DNA from: an uncultured bacterium
Lineage (GTDB): Bacteria > Pseudomonadota > Alphaproteobacteria > MED-G09
Length of the DNA: 64,000 nucleotides
Direction of reading: 5' to 3'
Assembly: GCA_964001285.1 (NCBI GenBank)
Contig: CAXFAF010000003.1
Coordinates: 8,641-72,640 of the forward strand
In this document: piece after piece, positions 62,036 through 64,000 of the stretch
Layout of the letters: each line of letters starts with the position of its first letter
How positions within the stretch are numbered: the first letter of the stretch is position 1
Position numbers and translations under genes: made by a program
Notes under the pieces: generated by a model
What the model was told of the DNA's origin: nothing
Seen by the model: the letters and a program-made list of their open reading frames with translations, nothing else
The model's database searches: none

Positions 62036-64000
62036 ATGAAATTGTTTACTGTTAAATTAACTATTTTTAGTTTTTTGTTGATTTCTTTATTTCCTTTAGA
62101 TCTTGCTTTTTCTCAAGATAGTGAGACTTTAGAAGGAATTGAAGAAATTGTTGTTACTGCTCGTAAGAGAGAAGAGAATATTCAAGAGACCGCACTTTCG
62201 GTTAGCGCTTTAAGTAGTAGAGATCTTGATAGAAGGTTTCCCAACGATATTAGAGATTTGGCTGGAGATTCACCAAACTTAATTATTGATGATTTACAAC
62301 AAGGACCCGGAAGTCCAACAGCTATTTTTATTAGAGGTATAGGTGTTTCAGATGTAGAAAAGAATTTTGACCCTACAACTGGTGTTGTCATTGATGGCGT
62401 TTTTGTAGGCGCTAACTCTGGAGCAATGTTAAAAACTATTGATCTTGAGAAAGTTGAAATTTTAAGAGGTCCTCAAGGCACTTTATTTGGACGAAATACA
62501 GTTGCTGGCGTAATAAATCTGACTCGTACTCGACCAACTGGAGAAGTTGGAGGAAAAGTAAGAGTAGGTTATGGAGATTATGATACCAGCCTTGTAGATG
62601 CCATTTTTAATTTTGGAAATGAAACAGCAGCTTTTAAAATTAGCACTACTCATAGAGAACAAAAAGAAGGATTTTTAACAAATTTAGTAGATGGATCAGA
62701 TCTTGGCAGAGAAGAATATTACCAGGTAACCGCAAATGCTCTTTTTTCATTTAATGAGAATGTTGAAATAGAATTAACATTCACTGATGAACAACAAGAT
62801 CAAGATGCTCATACAAGTTTAAATCTTGGCGCCGCGGGAACTTGGTGGTGTGCAGCTTACGGACAGTGTTCACCTGGTATTGGAATTCCTCAAAGTGGTG
62901 ACAGATGGGCGGTATATAACAATGAACCTAAAAGAAGAGATGCATTTTTTGAAAGTAAAACTGGAATTCTCGAAGTTCGTTGGGATTTATCTGATAATTA
63001 TAGAGTAGATTATATTTTAGGAAGAAAAACTACAGACGAAGAAGTCGATCAAGATTGGGACGGTACACCGCTCACATTGTATCATACTGATAGAAGAGCG
63101 GAATATGAACAAGACAGCCATGAATTGAGACTAACAAGTGATCTTGATGGTAGTTTTAATTTTGTTGTTGGTCTATATAAATGGGACTCTGAGTATACAA
63201 TTCCAATGGAAAGTAGAATTGGATTTTTTGATTTATTTGGTGCTGTTCCAAGGACTGACCCATTGATTGTTGTTCCTATTTACGCTTTTACAAACCAAGA
63301 AACAGATTCTATTGCAGTCTTTTTTGAAGGTGATTATGACATTAATGATCAATGGACTTTAACACTAGGAGGTCGTTTTATTGATGAAGAGAAGCAAACA
63401 TATGCGTGTCAAGGACCTGGGCCATACCCTGATTGCAGTCAGTTAGATGTTTCAGCTAAAAAATCATGGGATGAATTCACACCTAAAGTTGCAGTAAGCT
63501 ATCAGATGAATGAGGATATTTTATATTATCTATCTTATTCCGAAGGCTTCCGTAGTGGTGGATTTAATGGAAGATGGGGAAATGCATTTACCGCAACAAC
63601 ACCTTATGATCCTGAAACAGTAACAAATATTGAGGTTGGGGTTAAATCAACGCTTATGAATAATAGGCTAAGACTAAATGTTGCAGTTTTTGATATGGAA
63701 TATGATGATAAGCAAATTGATGTTGATGTTGCAGATCCATCTGCAGCCTTAGGTCGTTCAACTGTTTCAGCAAATGTTGCCGAAGCAACTTTCAGCGGAG
63801 TTGAATTAGAGATCTATGCTATTGTTAATCAAAATTTATCTCTTGATTTAAATGTGGGTATTCTAGATGCAGAATATGATCAGTTTTTTGCTGATTTCCT
63901 AGGAACAGGAACACCAAAAGATTATTCTTATCTTGAACCACTAAGAGCTCCTGAATTAACATGGACTTTTGGTATTAACTATGAATGGCCGCTTGGTCCT
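62036..64000 (+). CDS. TonB-dependent receptor (5' portion; runs off the window end)
   Basis: Not in the ORF track because no stop is reached. I translated it by hand in frame from the ATG at 62036 (GGAGGA 6 nt upstream) with no stop to 64000 (655 codons). It has a signal peptide, the plug GIEEIVVTARKREENIQETALSVSALS, VEILRGPQGTLFGRNTVAGVINLTR and barrel YLSYSEGFRSGGFNGR. Confidence 0.88.
   Translation, partial: MKLFTVKLTIFSFLLISLFPLDLAFSQDSETLEGIEEIVVTARKREENIQETALSVSALSSRDLDRRFPNDIRDLAGDSPNLIIDDLQQGPGSPTAIFIRGIGVSDVEKNFDPTTGVVIDGVFVGANSGAMLKTIDLEKVEILRGPQGTLFGRNTVAGVINLTRTRPTGEVGGKVRVGYGDYDTSLVDAIFNFGNETAAFKISTTHREQKEGFLTNLVDGSDLGREEYYQVTANALFSFNENVEIELTFTDEQQDQDAHTSLNLGAAGTWWCAAYGQCSPGIGIPQSGDRWAVYNNEPKRRDAFFESKTGILEVRWDLSDNYRVDYILGRKTTDEEVDQDWDGTPLTLYHTDRRAEYEQDSHELRLTSDLDGSFNFVVGLYKWDSEYTIPMESRIGFFDLFGAVPRTDPLIVVPIYAFTNQETDSIAVFFEGDYDINDQWTLTLGGRFIDEEKQTYACQGPGPYPDCSQLDVSAKKSWDEFTPKVAVSYQMNEDILYYLSYSEGFRSGGFNGRWGNAFTATTPYDPETVTNIEVGVKSTLMNNRLRLNVAVFDMEYDDKQIDVDVADPSAALGRSTVSANVAEATFSGVELEIYAIVNQNLSLDLNVGILDAEYDQFFADFLGTGTPKDYSYLEPLRAPELTWTFGINYEWPLGP

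Noticed and set aside
62182-63008. Track ORFs 62182-62391 (-) and 62826-63008 (+)
   Set aside because: Both lie inside the long open frame of the TonB-dependent receptor (62036 to beyond 64000). That frame has unmistakable plug and barrel motifs, and the track omitted it only because no stop is reached.

Overview
Dense (about 95% coding), very AT-rich (about 30% GC by hand counts) chromosomal segment. The gene order is typical of a streamlined marine alphaproteobacterium, Pelagibacterales-like: purC-purS-purQ-purL-bolA-grxD, cysE followed by DUF3126, a zf-CHCC protein, a eukaryote-type NADP isocitrate dehydrogenase, and many overlapping or abutting genes. Most of the window is housekeeping: ilvH-ilvC, leuA, mreB-mrdA-rodA, dksA, recA, alaS, icd, rpsD, pur genes, map, purB, tRNA-Leu(UAA), cysE, hisI, folE, cysS, yidD-thrS, nadK. 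I saw no transposase, integrase, CRISPR array or rRNA. Parts that deserve a second look: (1) a tight + strand cluster at 54.4-64 kb: P450, glpK, class II aldolase, orphan form-II CoxL-type Mo-hydroxylase large subunit, CYP153-signature P450, flavin reductase, TonB-dependent receptor. Its likely redox partners (2Fe-2S ferredoxin plus ferredoxin-NADP reductase) sit 30 kb away, and a third P450 is at 8.3 kb. (2) A GC-rich (about 48% vs about 18% flanking) roughly 225-nt intergenic element at 48.99-49.22 kb. It looks like a stand-alone structured RNA on the minus strand that I cannot assign to a family, and it has two perfect DnaA boxes just upstream. (3) A Leu-rich leader ORF plus hairpin in front of leuA. 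(4) A small accessory stretch at 16.6-22.8 kb holding a compositionally foreign secreted YHYH/HNH nuclease-like gene, a D-aminoacylase and a GT4-methyltransferase-alpha/alpha-toroid operon. (5) A phnC-phnE-phnE operon without phnD, translationally coupled to a MATE exporter. All functional calls rest on motifs I recognise in the supplied translations and on synteny. No database search was possible.
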